Source of the DNA: Marsupella aquatica | Taxonomy: Eukaryota; Plantae; Marchantiophyta | DNA length: 64,000 nucleotides | Direction: 5' to 3' | Assembly: GCA_973895155.1 (NCBI GenBank) | Contig: OZ316894.1 | Location: forward strand, 2,992,457 to 3,056,456 | Part shown: positions 11,056 through 24,245 of the stretch, in pieces | How the letters are laid out: each line of letters starts with the position of its first letter | How positions within the stretch are numbered: position 1 is the first letter of the stretch | The notes under the pieces: model-generated | What the model saw: the letters and a program-made list of their open reading frames with translations, nothing else | What the model was told of the DNA's origin: nothing | Databases searched by the model: none | Made by a program: the position numbers and the translations under genes

Positions 11056-14000
11056 CATGGGAGGGCTGTTGCTTCGTGAAGCAACTGTATGTTATCTCCA
11101 ATTTAGGGTCAGAACATTAGCAATTAGCTTAAGTTGATTACATTAACCTCCAACTAGAGCACACAATTAGTTCTGAGACACATGAAATCTCAAACTTTGC
11201 CAGTGCTAACTGCCTCCAACATTACGATCCCCTTGGACCAGATTCTCCCCCATCTGACACTCACTTGATCAAAAGAGGGTGTCACCTACTGTCCCGGGGC
11301 AAAAACTATTGCATTATTGTCCCTTTCATTTTCCTCAATAATATGGTTGGAGGAGGTTAGCTTAGACAATTATGAATCTCCACATGCCCAATTGAAGGCA
11401 ACCTCAGGCTAGCTAGTTTGGTTAAGCCAACCCATATACAAAATAGGACGCAACCTGATAATTAAATTAGATAAGTTTGGGTAGCAGGCTGTTAATTATT
11501 ATTGACTAGTTTGTTTGCTTTCTGTTCTTTTTTGGGGGAGGGGGAGGGGGGAGGGCGGAAATTAAAAAGGGGATGGCGTGACAGCAAAAGAGATCCAGAT
11601 AGGACAAACACCAGACAAAAAAGTCAAGGGCAAATTTAAACCCCAAAAGCCTAGAAAGAGGAAAAACTAGAATATTGGGATCTACCAATTCAATAGTGTG
11701 GTGAGCTCATGGTACACATCTGGCTTAGTAACTATGCTTGTAAGTGGGCCATGGATGTCCTCTAAGGGGGCAAGCCTCTCCCGAGGCAAAAAGAAGGTGT
11801 TGGATACCACACCAGGGTGGCTTTACAAGACATGAGGCACTTGTGACTCTTTTCCACCAAAGCAAACAGCTAAGGTCAGTTCTTATTCTAAGCATAATCT
11901 CCCGACCAAAAATCTTTTGGAATGTGCAAATCTCTCTTTCTACAGTAGGTTTTTGGGGTTCCATGTGCGCTCTTCTTTTGAGTGTAGTGTTTGTCTTGTG
12001 TCGACCTATTATGCTTTATTTCATTGTATCAGTTGTTTGGCCCTCTCTTTGAATTAGTCCCTTTGCCTTGAATGAAGGGGACAATGTTTAGACCACCTTT
12101 CCAGGTGTTCTAAAATTCTAAATTAAATAAGCACTTCAGATCAACATTTCCTTGAGCCATTAATTACCATGTAGGATTGGTGGACACCATACTGGAACTG
12201 GCCCATCCTGAGTGCTTGTAAGGCCAATTGTAGTTGTTCCACTCATTATAGGGTCCTGATTAATCTCAAAGGAATACAAAGAAGTGATGAAAATGACTTC
12301 TTCTAAAGTGACACTGAGGTCCAATGAAAATCATTTGATCAAACACGGCTTTAGTACGAAGTCTGGCCAGGCCAGCACCTGATAATTTTCAAGAAAATAA
12401 TTAATAATAATTTACATTAAATTGGAAATCTGAATAACAGGCATCACTTTGTTTTGATTTTCAATTGAAATTTTATGGTTTAAGTTGTACAAAAGTATTT
12501 AAAAAGAAAGTCTGCTCCTTCCTATGTGGATCTTTACTCTGGATCTTTATCAGACTTTCCAATTACTTTGTTGCTTCAGAAGGGTTTTAGTTTGTTCTTT
12601 GCCAATGTTGGGGACTCTAGGGCTTTTCAGCTCTTTGGTCTTCCTGGTATTTTCCCTAGTTCCCTCTCCCATATTCGTAATGTTTTGATGTGACCATCCA
12701 AACTCATGCACAAGGGGTTTGATCATTAGGGGCAACTACAGTAGTCCCTGGAAGATTGTGCATTTATGGCATTGTTAGGCTGGTCGATGCAGCTACTGCC
12801 AGCTACTTTCCACTTGCTCTCTGTGCACATGATATAGATACTAGTCGTGGAGAGGGTTTTCATCTATGGATCCGGCTGAGGTTTCATGGTAGACCAGGTG
12901 AAGTGGGGGAAGCAGGTGCCAGGTTCACATCCTATTTGTGCCAGCCACTCTTCTCATCCCTCTTCTCACTCACACAAACTCCACCCAAAAGTGGGGTGGA
13001 CATATAGCTCTGGACAATTATTTAGAAAAAAATCACAACAACTCAAGTTGTGTTGGGCAGTCTAAGTTACTGCCATATATGTAATTCAAAAAACATTATA
13101 ACAACCCAAGTTGTTGGAGATGCGGGCTTTGGGTGGAATACAGCCATAGCTCTTGACACTTTAAAAAACTGACGATAACTGAAAATGTGCAGGGCAGTCT
13201 GACACACATAGCTCTTTGAGAATAGAACAAATGACAACATTTCAAGTAGTGCGGGGAAGTCTGACTGCCATACATACACTTCCAGGGACACATCTCCATG
13301 AATGGTTGGTCAAGAGCACCGTTGCCCATTTGAGCTATTAGCTTTTGTAAATGGACCTTAATGACATTCTTATGTGCCCAAGCCAGAGCCATCCATCGCA
13401 GAATGTGTTGTAGACACCAGTGCATCTTATCATCACATGCCATGATTCTGATGTATCCCTTGCAGATTTTAGTCTCTCCAAGGGATATAATCATTAGTAC
13501 CTTTCTTTGGTTTCAGTTGGTATTCGCTTATCATACTTGTTTCTATATATGCCCTTAGGTGGTCCACTCTGGACTTGTTTCTCTGACTTTTTTTTTGGTC
13601 TACTTTGTTGGGCCTTTCTTAGTAAAGTTTGTTCCCTTTCTGACTGCAAACCAAAGAACATTCCTTATAAAATCCAATCATTTTGTCAACAAAGGCCAGC
13701 TAGGAATACAAAGAAGAATCATCTCTTATTATTCATATGTGACCATCCACACTTCCAACGAAGATTCCCTTACTAAACTTCCTCAGATTTGACAATGCAG
13801 TTTATTTCCATCATGTTTGGGTTTTATTTTTGGTCCAGGTGGAAACTATACTCATTAGCAAAAAAGGCTCAAATGGGAACCAATGAATCCTTAAACCACC
13901 ACTGGCCATACATAAGGGGTATTGTCCAATGTTTTCTCTTTTTCCACATTCCATTCACTTTTACCTTCTATTCCGCCATTTTCTCCAATGCGCCAGTTTC

Positions 14001-16333
14001 TCCAAAATTTCAGGAAAAAGTTGATTTTCTGGGTAGCTATGGGTGACCTTAGCTTTTGAAGGGGCAGGTGTGTTTGAAAGAAAAGGGACCTAGTGGCATG
14101 TTGGCGTAGACTATGGAAACTTCTTGGAACCACATGCAAACAAACATACGGAGATTTGTGTGATATTTGATATTTTCTACAAAAGCTTAAGAGGAAAACA
14201 AGGAAAAAGAAGGTAAAATACTCTCATATATTATATCCCTAATAATAGGTATTTTTAGCAAAATAAGATAGGCCATTGAAAGTGAATATAGAATATTCCT
14301 AGAATATTTTAGTTTTGAAGCATTTCAATTAGACTATGATCACATGTGGGGCCCCAAACTTAACTAACCCAGAGGTGGCATGGTGAACTTGGGGGCCGTA
14401 CAAAAGCTACCTAGGGGCATTCATTTTTTCAGGGCCCCTTGTACAATCTTAGAACTCAGACCATGTCAACTGGCCAGACTCCCTTAGCTAATAAAAAACT
14501 TGGGGGCAGAGTTCCACAATTTCTTTGTGTGTAGCTAGTTTGCAAGCATTGAGCCCTCCATATAACAGTAAAGCCACATAATGGATCATTTCTATGATTC
14601 CCAGCTACCCCTCAAGGCTGCTGAACTGGGAGAACTTTGCCAATAAATTTGGCTCCTATGAATCCAAACACAAAAACAAGCTTCAATGTGTTATTGATAT
14701 CCGTATTGGTTCATTTCTTGTTGTATTGCTATTTGTATTCATGGGTTAGTTTAATATTTGGGGATTGGGATTTGTTTGACAGCATCGGACGTTTGTTAGC
14801 CTGGTTATTAGAGTTGGGTTTAATGGATATGCAAACGAGGTGAGCTTACTTTCAGGATACAACCAGATAATTGTAACAAACTTCGACGTAAGTTTTAGGC
14901 ACCCACATAGTAATTTTTACACTTTTCTGACAGAAATGAAAACTGCCAACTTCAATGTTTTTGAAAGTGATTTATTGTGTGGAATATGAATTTCAATACC
15001 CGATTTAGATTTTGCTTATTTTCTTCTAAACAAGTGAATATTCAAAGACTCACAATTCCGATGTAATCCTATTTCTGATGCGAAAATCAAGATTTTGGTG
15101 GTCGGAGTATGGCAATGTACATATATGAAATGGAAAATATGCCTATCAAGATATGGTTGCCAGAGAAAGGGAAGGTGCCTCCGGAACACTAGTAGGGCAC
15201 ATCAGTATGGAGGTTTTCTCCACAAATGCAAGGCTGTACACTGCTCATGTCAAAACAAAAGAATTTAGATGAGGTGCAGAACTGTATATATGCAGATGGG
15301 CTCATAATCAATCCTCCCATCAGTTGATATGCAGATGACTGCACATACCAACGATCCCGTGTGAGTTAGATGACTGACTCCTGCTGCAGGACCAAGAATC
15401 TGGCACCCAGTATCCAGTGCATAGCCATTGATGAACTTCCTTTGGAGGCAATCCGTTCCGGGAGGAGCAAAACAAAATCGATATCCTGCAAACCTCCAAC
15501 TAATCAATTATACCACTCTAGGGTCATATCAGCTACCAAAAATTGCTGTCGCTCAGATCACCAGTGCGTTTGCTCAATGAAATTCTTATAATAAGGAAAG
15601 CAGCCTACTGGGTAAAAGGACATGTTGCTGTGACAACTCGTATGTCCTGCATGATAATTCTTACCTGGAATAGCACCAGCCAGAGGATCAGAGGATATCG
15701 AGGAAGTCGGAGGAATACATGACATGTTTTCAATTCACCACTTCAGGAGACAAACATGTAGTCAGCAAGGATGTCAACCCTTTCACCGGTGCTAAGGATA
15801 TTCATCAATAAGCCTGGTACATGAGGGCAACAGCCAAGTACAAACAATGGATTCAGTGAAATTTCTAGCCCACTTTACAAGTACCATGAACATCACATGG
15901 AGGTTTCCGGATCAAAATGTGGACTGAGAATGAGCCCCTGATGACAGAAAAATTCTTCTAATCCAGATCCTAACGGACATGAGGCTTCTAGTGGCTGGTA
16001 GCGTGTTTTTTTGGACGCTTAAAATATGTTCATCAAATACCTCTGTACCCCTTGTGATGGACAACCCCTTGTCTACAAAAATATGTGAGTCAAAGTTGAG
16101 TGAGGAATTTGGCAGTAAAACATACTTTCCACTGCCATGGCACCTCCCTGGCTGTACTGTGGGCATTATACATTTGACAAGTTTTTTTACACTGTTTTCC
16201 TAGCCTAGCAAACAATAGAGTACAAGCCTAATAGAATGTGTGTCAAGGAAGCCAAAACGCTGATTTAGCGCGCTTCCATAATCGAGCACATTCCAGAACG
16301 TGGTCATCTTCATATGAAGCAACGACTCGGCAA

Positions 16334-19300
16334 TCACACGTGTCGTAGTGCTGCCAATCTCTCTTCCAACTCATCAACTCCGGAACTGCAGTGTCGTACA
16401 GATACCATTCCAAGGAAAGCAAATTAGAGCAGCCAAGATACAATAATACAGTAGAAGGCTCATGCATATCAGACACACTGTAGATGTATCATATTGTATA
16501 AATTCCATAGATGCTCTGAAAGGCTCGGTGAGGTCTTAGATAGACGGTCAATCAAAACGACCAAACGACCAAAAGCTTGTTAAACACCAACGATACACAG
16601 GACGAAACGTATTTCTATGCCAAACGATAGACCAGGTCCTCATCCCCGGAAGTAACAAGTGCACCCCATCCTTGCTTCTGCAATGACTGACGCTATAGGT
16701 CCACGGACCTTTGGCCTGTGGACAAATAGAAAAGGTTCTTCTCCTGCAAGAGACCGACCCTCACATCCAAGTTCTCCTAGCATCACGAACTTGCTGATAG
16801 AATCTCTTACAATCTAAACTGAGGATCATCACACCAACTTAGTTGCATTTTGATATCTGTTCAGTGCAATATCCTTAAGGATTCTTTTCACTTCAACATA
16901 CTAAAGATCACGTAAAACTACTCAGTCATTCAATGCTCCTCTCGTACCTTCCTACATCTTGTGCCCTTGTCTTTCCTGCCACTTTCCCTCTAGGAGCCGC
17001 TGTCATCTGAGCAGCAATGTCAATGCCAATCTCATCCAGAACCTGGATAAACGTAAGGAAACGTGTACACAGATGTCAGCTGCTTATGGGATCGTTAATA
17101 CTACAAACATAATTAGCTTGGACGAATGATGCAAGATGGCATTTTACAAACTGATAGGACAAAATACACTCCACACTAGCGACGAAAAGCCTACCTGGTT
17201 TGTCAACTCGTCAGTTTCCTCCTCTGCATCATCATCGTCCAAAGCATCATCGATGGCATCGGACATCATCTCCGTCTGCGATGATCAACCATCAAGCAAC
17301 AGACCAAAATTAGAGCTGGTGTTGCCCGTCCCAATCTTGTTGAACAGACTTAGGGACGAACTGCAATGAACATCACTCGCGCGATTCATCCACTGAATTA
17401 GTTAATTGGCTGGGGAGGTTTGCGTACCGTCATGTCCATTTGAGCTGACTGCTTCTGGAACTCTTGCATCACCTTGGCCTGTTTTGCAGGCTCCATTTGC
17501 TGTTTGCATGACAGGTAAACACAAATATAATGTCAAAGCAACATACAGATTGCAATTTGTGTCTAAGAATGTTTGTATAATTGTGTATTTCATGCTTAAT
17601 TGAAATCAAGCTAGTGACGGCAGACAAGTGCAGAGCATCTCTACTATCATTAAGTTTACACCGGGAAAAAAAAACACTCGGTTCAAATAAGAGAACGGCA
17701 TATTGCAGCCTGAACATGATGTAAGCACCACCAGGACTGCGCTATGCAAGCTGAAATATACAGGATCACGATCATAGCATAAGTTGATATGGACATTGTC
17801 AACTGACCTTGTTCATCGCTGCCATAGCCGTGCTAGCTCCTTTCATAGCACCGGCGACCGCAGTATTGGCATACATAGCCTGCACTTGTCGGCGTCAAAA
17901 GGGTCAGCTTGGTTGTGACAAAACATACACTAGATACTAATGTCCGAGGGAGCTGGGCTATCGATAGGAACAACAAAGGTACCAAAATGAGATCCATCCA
18001 TGGACCGGACAAGTTTTCTATCGCTGAGTCCACAAGTCCCAATGATTTCGTTTGAGACCTCCCCTATAGAAGGAAAACCTTGAGGAAGGTGATAGAGAAC
18101 TGCTTCCGTCTATTCATGGTCGAACCTTTATGGACGTGCTAAACAACCAGTTGCAACGAAATACCTGAGTATGAGTGGCAACGCCACGCATTTGGGCGCG
18201 ACTACCCTGCAAATTAGCGATCTGCTGTCGGAGGCGAATGAGCTGCCTTGCAAGGATCTTTGTTGCTGCCTGCAAGAATTGCCAATTTCAGCAGCTTCAT
18301 AACAGCGTCCATCGACAACAACACATGCTTTCAGATGTGTTTCCGGTAAAATAATACCTATACACTTTCCTTTCATAGAGAAATAAAAAGGATCCTACTC
18401 ACGTAATTTCGGGAAAATCAGTGATTCAATAAAGACCCACACCTCATTTCCGGTCTTTGCTGTTTTCTTGATCTCGGCAACGAGTTTCTTTTCCTGTAGC
18501 AAAAGCAAGATTTTCGTAAAACTCAAGATACTATCCGTTGAACTTCAGACAGAAAACAAGTGCCATTCAGGGCTCAAATTGCTGTGAGAAAAAGCTATCT
18601 TGCTGTACTAGGACGCATTCCAACAAATTACCTAATGCGAACACACATATGATTAAGTGACCCGCTAAGTAAAATTACAACCGCAATTTCAAGTAATGCG
18701 ACGATTGAATTTATCGAAGATCGAGTGTGTGATCCACCAAAATATAATTGTGTGATCGCACTAAAATATCCAAAACCGTATCAAAAATAAGACGGCACCT
18801 AATCAAGTATGACGACCCCACTTCAACAAGGAATGGGCTTCACAGCTTACCTCCAGCTGAAGCGTCCCAATCTCTCGTTCGATGCCTGTAGCAACAAAAA
18901 TAACTAAACAGGTGAGATGCAATCTTTCAAGTTGGGCATCCGACAGCTCAAACGAAACGATGCAATGGAGGAGGCTACCAGAAAGGACGTCTCACGCAAT
19001 GGCACGTTAAGTATCAGGCAAAAGACTCAGAATTTCCCACAAGAAATTATTCAAACCAAATCCAGAAAGCGCCTGCATAACTATCTACCTTCTTGACCCC
19101 AAGGACAAGCAGATCATCCTTTGGAGGTTAACGTGCGGGAAAGAGGTTCTTTCATTATTTCTACTGTTGTACAACCTGCAGTTCATCCAAGCCCTAATTG
19201 TCAACAGAACACTACAAGATGTCCATTGTTTCTGTTCGGATAAATGCAAAAGTGAAACATTGCCCTACCTCGTGTGGCGACCGCCATCTCTCGCTTGCTA

Positions 19301-19781
19301 GTTCGCAGGGCATCTGCACGGCAACCAAATGAGGAATGACCCATGTCAAGGCGACAATAATTTCGATCTCCATACGCAAAATTAAATGAAGATCCGCAGA
19401 AGTAGTAACGGAAAAACCAACGGGAAAAGTGCTACGAAATTGTAAAAATGCGTTGATAGACAACTGAAAAGAACTCTGAACTATTTTCTAAAATAGTGAG
19501 CCCTCCCCACTATTAGATGTCGTGGGGGTGGGGGGCGCCCAACGAGGCACACAATCTACATGACAAGTTGAAGTGCTGCACTATAATCCCACCATCGACT
19601 GAAGCAGGGTTGTTTAGAGTCCAAAACAGGGCCAAGAGTTTAGAGTCCAAAAGACAAGGTTGAGCAATAAGTAGCAGTGCTTTTCTTAAGAGTGGGGAAT
19701 GGCAGGATGTGAGCGAATGGTCAAAAGCCACGAGGAGCGGCGCACACCTTTGGCATTTGTTTTCTTCTTGAACATGTTCAT
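16334..19781 (-). CDS. VPS2: ESCRT-III subunit VPS2 (CHMP2, plant VPS2.2/2.3-like, Snf7 family), ~213 aa, 10 coding exons
   Basis: Hand-assembled GT-AG exons: 19781-19748, 19313-19269, 18885-18851, 18493-18443, 18269-18165, 17879-17808, 17499-17428, 17275-17195, 17042-16948, 16385-16334. Translation MNMFKKKTNAKDALRTSKREMAVATRGIEREIGTLQLEEKKLVAEIKKTAKTGNEAATKILARQLIRLRQQIANLQGSRAQMRG...SGVDELEERLAALRHV*. Exon lengths sum to 642 nt, in frame. Confidence 0.95.
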
Positions 19782-21228
19782 CTTGTCACAGTTACAGGGC
19801 TCCGAATGAATACAGGCTCCGAATGAATACGGCTGTTTCTCTCCTCGTCGAGTCACAGACCAAGCCAACGATGTTTTCAAAGAAGGCCACAGGGGCAAGC
19901 CAGGCAATAAAGATTTTAATCTCGATCGTCTTCAAAAACGTACATTTCCCCAAGCAACGCTTTACTGACGAAATGCCGCCGCCGGTGACTACACCTCGCA
20001 CAAAATATCGACACTACAACGTAAAACCAGACGGTGTTCTCACAGCCGCCTTTTCCTTCGTCCTGGCAACACCACCACGACCTCCTATGCTGCCCGAAAC
20101 AGCTCCTAAAGGAACCGCTGCAGGCCAAATCCAATCCAATCCTCCCACTGCAATTTGAGAGAAAAGCCCTTCCTCCCTCGACCACGAGAAACCCTTCAAT
20201 CGAACCCCCCCTGCCCAGGAGACGGACTTTGACTCTTTCCAATTTTCCACTTTCTCGGCACAATTTCTTCTTCACCCAGGGGAGATCGACCGACCGATCA
20301 ACCAACCAATCGCACTCGACCGCCCCCACGGCACAACAGATAAAAAAACGTTCCTCTTCTTCACAATGCTCTTCTCCTTCGAAAGGACCTTTCTCCCATT
20401 CCCTGCCACTCAATCACTCAATCACTCAATCAAACCACGGCATCTCAGTCCGTCCAGAAAAATTCCGCCCACACTTCTCCGCCGAGGCTGCTTCGTTGCG
20501 GTACCTTCCTCGACACGGAACGCTTCCTCAGCGCTGTTCCGAGAAGCGAACGTTGGGACGAGACAGAACAAGTAGTGCTGCTGTTGAGAGAAGAGAAAGT
20601 TGTGATGGAGCGTCCATACATTCGAGCGAACGCGTCATTCGAACCTCCTCACCCTCCTCCACCTCCTCCTCGTGGGCGGTGGTGTTTGATGAGAACGATG
20701 CTCATTCACAGTCCGGTGAAATGTCTGCTCTCCTCGCCTCTCCTCGCCTCTCGTCAATGTGTGTGTCTCGGTGACTCCATCGCTCTTTCGCTTGAATTTC
20801 CGATGGCCAGTGACTAGTCTGGACAGGCGAACGTCTTTTCCCGTTTCCCACTCCCTCGCTACCTCCCTCAACGGGCCGAAAGGGTTGCTTTTAGATTTAT
20901 TTACGAGTAAGATAACACCCAAATCCCCGTGTCCTATATAGGAGCAAGATAACACCCACATATTTGTAGACTCCCCTGTTGTCCCATTCATAATGTACAT
21001 AGTACTACTAGGGCATCTCAAATATGGTTGTTTTTGGGAGATCTTTCGGGCTGCTCGCAAGGCACTCGGGTCACCCGCAACATGCTACTACCGGGCAAAT
21101 ATCTTGAAGGGTCACTGAAATATGAGACGGGTCACGGGTGAATATGCAACTGGGTTGCCCCCGTAACTGCGTCGTGGGTGCTCATGCAAGTTGGTTTCCG
21201 CTTAACTCCGGTTAACCATACATAGACA

Positions 21229-22933
21229 ATGTCGACGCCTCACTCTGCTCCCCCCTCAAAATTTTGAACGCGCCAAGAACAATTACAAGCTCCATGAAAT
21301 CAATGCTTTGGACGAATGCAGCGACATTTCAAATTGGCATTCCCTCGCTCAATTTTGGGGCTGAGCCTGAATTCCGCAGGATTGACATTACAACAGAAAA
21401 AATGACAAGCACAATGGGCATTTCTCCCAGCAGATCTGAGGTGAACAATCTTGATTTTCCGCCTCCGCATCAGTCTCGCTGTTCACATTTTGAGAGCGTC
21501 ATTCCTGACTCCCAACTTCCTTAATCGCTCCTCGACATGGTGCCACCAGCTTCTGCCATGGCTCCAAGTGGGGACAATTGTAAGCTGTTGCCAATGTACC
21601 TTGCTCACATCGTGGATTGGCTAGAAGTGCCAGAGAACTTTGCTATGCTCAATAGGATCATTAGCCGCCCTTCTGTACTGGTAAACATCCGCCAAAGAAG
21701 ACTGTGTTCAAAAAGATGCTTATCGACCTCCATGACGTTGGTTTTCCTAAATTTGTCGCCACATGAGATAACCTTGGGAAGCGGTTTCAACGTTTCATTA
21801 AAAAGTACAAGGAGGCCCTGGCGATGAAGCGAGACTTTGGTGCAGGATTGACAGATGCTGAATTGAGACAAGGTCTTACATTGGAAGATAAGTACGAGAA
21901 GGTGTGTCCCCATTTCGAGCCCAGGCATGCAATCTATGGGGAGCGAGCAAATGTGTCACCTCCCAGCACAGCCGCATGTGGGTTACCAAGGCATCAAGAA
22001 CTATACGTTGATGAGGGTTCAGATGACGATGAGCTTCCTGAATCATCATTTCCAATCCACGATGACCTGGACTACAAAGATTTAGGTAAGTTCATCTCTT
22101 TCTCATTTGCCTTCAGAGCATCATGATCATTTTTCCCTGCATTGTTGTTGGATGTTTGTCAAAATTGGATTGTACACAAAATGGACTGTGAGTAGTTACA
22201 TAACTGGGTTTCATTTTTTACTCTCTGCAGTCGACCCCAATTTCCAATTTTCTCAAACCATCTCCGAGGATGACGTCGAAGGTGGTCGACCTCCTGTTGG
22301 AGCCAACACCTCAGTTGATGAATCGCTGCCCAATACTCCAACTAAGACTCAATCGCAGCCTACATCGAATTGTCCTAGTGTGGAAGAACCAGTCCCAACT
22401 CCAACTTCCACCCCGGCAACTGCACCCACACGACCACAAGGTAGGGGCAGAGGCACGACATCTCCTCATCCAACCATCACACAAGAGCAAAATAGTCAAC
22501 AACCTCGGCGAGGCAAGAGGCCATCACCCACACAGGCTAGCTCTAGGCCCAATCTAGCTTAGGTGTATGCTGAGAAATTGCAAGACAAAAATGCTTTCAG
22601 AATTCAGATGATTGATGCAAGGGACAAATGCATGGAAAGCTCAAGAAATTGCTAATAGGAAAGAGGCCAGAGAAGTAGAAGCATTCAAGGAGAACGTTTT
22701 GATGGATGCCAAATCTGCAGAGTTGGCTAAAAGGGATCGGATTCAACGTAGACAAGAAGAAAAATGAGCAAGAATTGACCTTCATCATCAGCAAGCTATC
22801 ATCAAAGCCCGGCAAGCGGCAGTGCTATTAACGGAGGTTCTCAAGCAAGATAAGGGGCCTGATCACTTTAAGACAATGATGGGTATTATACATGCTGGAA
22901 ATTTGATTGCCCCAGATGGGTCGTGCCCATAGT
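21229..22933 (+). pseudogene. Harbinger ORF1 (putative Myb/SANT-like DNA-binding partner) with stops and frameshifts; intron ~22086-22230
   Basis: Segments IVDWLEVPENFAMLN, LGKRFQRFIKKYKEALAMKRDFGAGLTDAELRQGLTLEDKYEKVCPHFE, then a Pro/Thr-rich linker and a charged coiled-coil-like tail. Lies inside the TIRs, convergent to the transposase. Start position approximate. Confidence 0.75.
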
Positions 22934-23366
22934 TGTATTTAGTTGAATGTAGTAGTAATAGTTAGTGCTGCTATTATTGCCAGCAACTTGTACCAAAATC
23001 CAATGACATCCAAGACCTCAGTTTTGCTCCATGGCCAGATGGATGTCATTGGCAATAAATGGGCCCAAGCAATATCAGTTCAATTGATCCCTCTGTGTTA
23101 TGGTTTACAACCTTCATCAGAATTGTTGCTTTGACTGAGGAATTTTGTGACTGAGGCAAAACGAAGTGACAGATGCAAAATTGTGCAGAGGCAAAACCTA
23201 ATTGTAGGAGCGTTGTCTATAACACAAAAATGAGGCATCAATGAACGTGAACTGTCCATTGAAAAAACACATCATGAACTCGTAGGGCAGTGAGCCAGTT
23301 TTAGGGAAAAAAATTGTCGAACAACTTTGACTCGTTCCATTCATGAAATCAAAATGTTACATGTTC

Positions 23367-23945
23367 AAAATCTACCGGATTGGATAAGCTGCGATGTGCC
23401 ATTGCAATCTCCAACGAATGAGGAGTAAAACTCCAGAACTGGGGTAGGGGTAGAGGCCCTTCTAAAACGGATAACTACCTAATGCGCAAGGAAACCTGGC
23501 CTATTGTCTGATTCAGGCAGTGGGCGGTCCACTTTCCAGTGCTCGACCACTCTGGTCCTTGCTTCCTCCTTGTTGTTCATGCTCCATGGAAGACACCTCA
23601 CCCAAAGTGGACTCCCCAATAATTGACATTGTTACCGTGCTTGAAGCCTCCATGTCAAAATTGTCAACGCTTATGACTGGTAGATCAGGCATAGGGATCT
23701 CCCAGTAAGGGCGTGCTTCCTCTCTCCCAAAAAGAACCGCCTCTGAATAGAGTAGGGCTCGCGTGGCCTCAACTTTGAGGACTTGTACACCACGGAAGGT
23801 AGCATCAAAATTGTGCACCCCTGAATGTAGTCGCTGGAAGGCCAGCCGAGGTGCTTCGCGCCACAATGGAAAGCCACGTATAGCAATCCACATGGTGGCA
23901 TCAGTTTGTCCCTTTCCTACAAGCCAAACCCAAGTGTTCTCCATT
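23367..23945 (-). pseudogene. Additional unknown ORF within the Harbinger (from MENTWVWLVG...), probably frameshifted near 23590
   Basis: Protein-like open frame 23945-23513. A shifted frame continues WSMNNKEEARTRVVEHWKVDRPLPESDNRPGF. No confident family assignment. Confidence 0.4.
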
Positions 23946-24245
23946 TTAGTTGCTTCTCGATCACAAACAAAACTGGACTTCCTTCTTGCTGCGTTTGGCC
24001 GAATGAGAACTCGAATGTAAACTTTGCAGCTTTTGGTCCAACAAAAATTGAGCTTTTGGTCAAACAAAACCTGAGGCTGGAGGACTCGAATGCTAGTCAC
24101 ATGAAAACGCAGTTGGGCACCTCACATGAAAATGCCTTGTCCATTGACAGTACATAATGGTACCAGAAGTACTTTTAATGGTCTATTTCTCAAAAACAAA
24201 ATGTGACACAAGGGGCACATGCTTAAACCTGCCAAGTGTGCACAG

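Noticed and set aside
13067-13560. Short ORFs with protein-like stretches
   Set aside because: Fragmented across frames and not assignable. Probably degenerate TE sequence.
19823-21060. Cluster of overlapping ORFs including a 246-aa ORF (20034-20774)
   Set aside because: Low-complexity Ser/Pro/Arg translations with non-ATG starts in the GC-rich leader/promoter region of VPS2. No recognisable domain.
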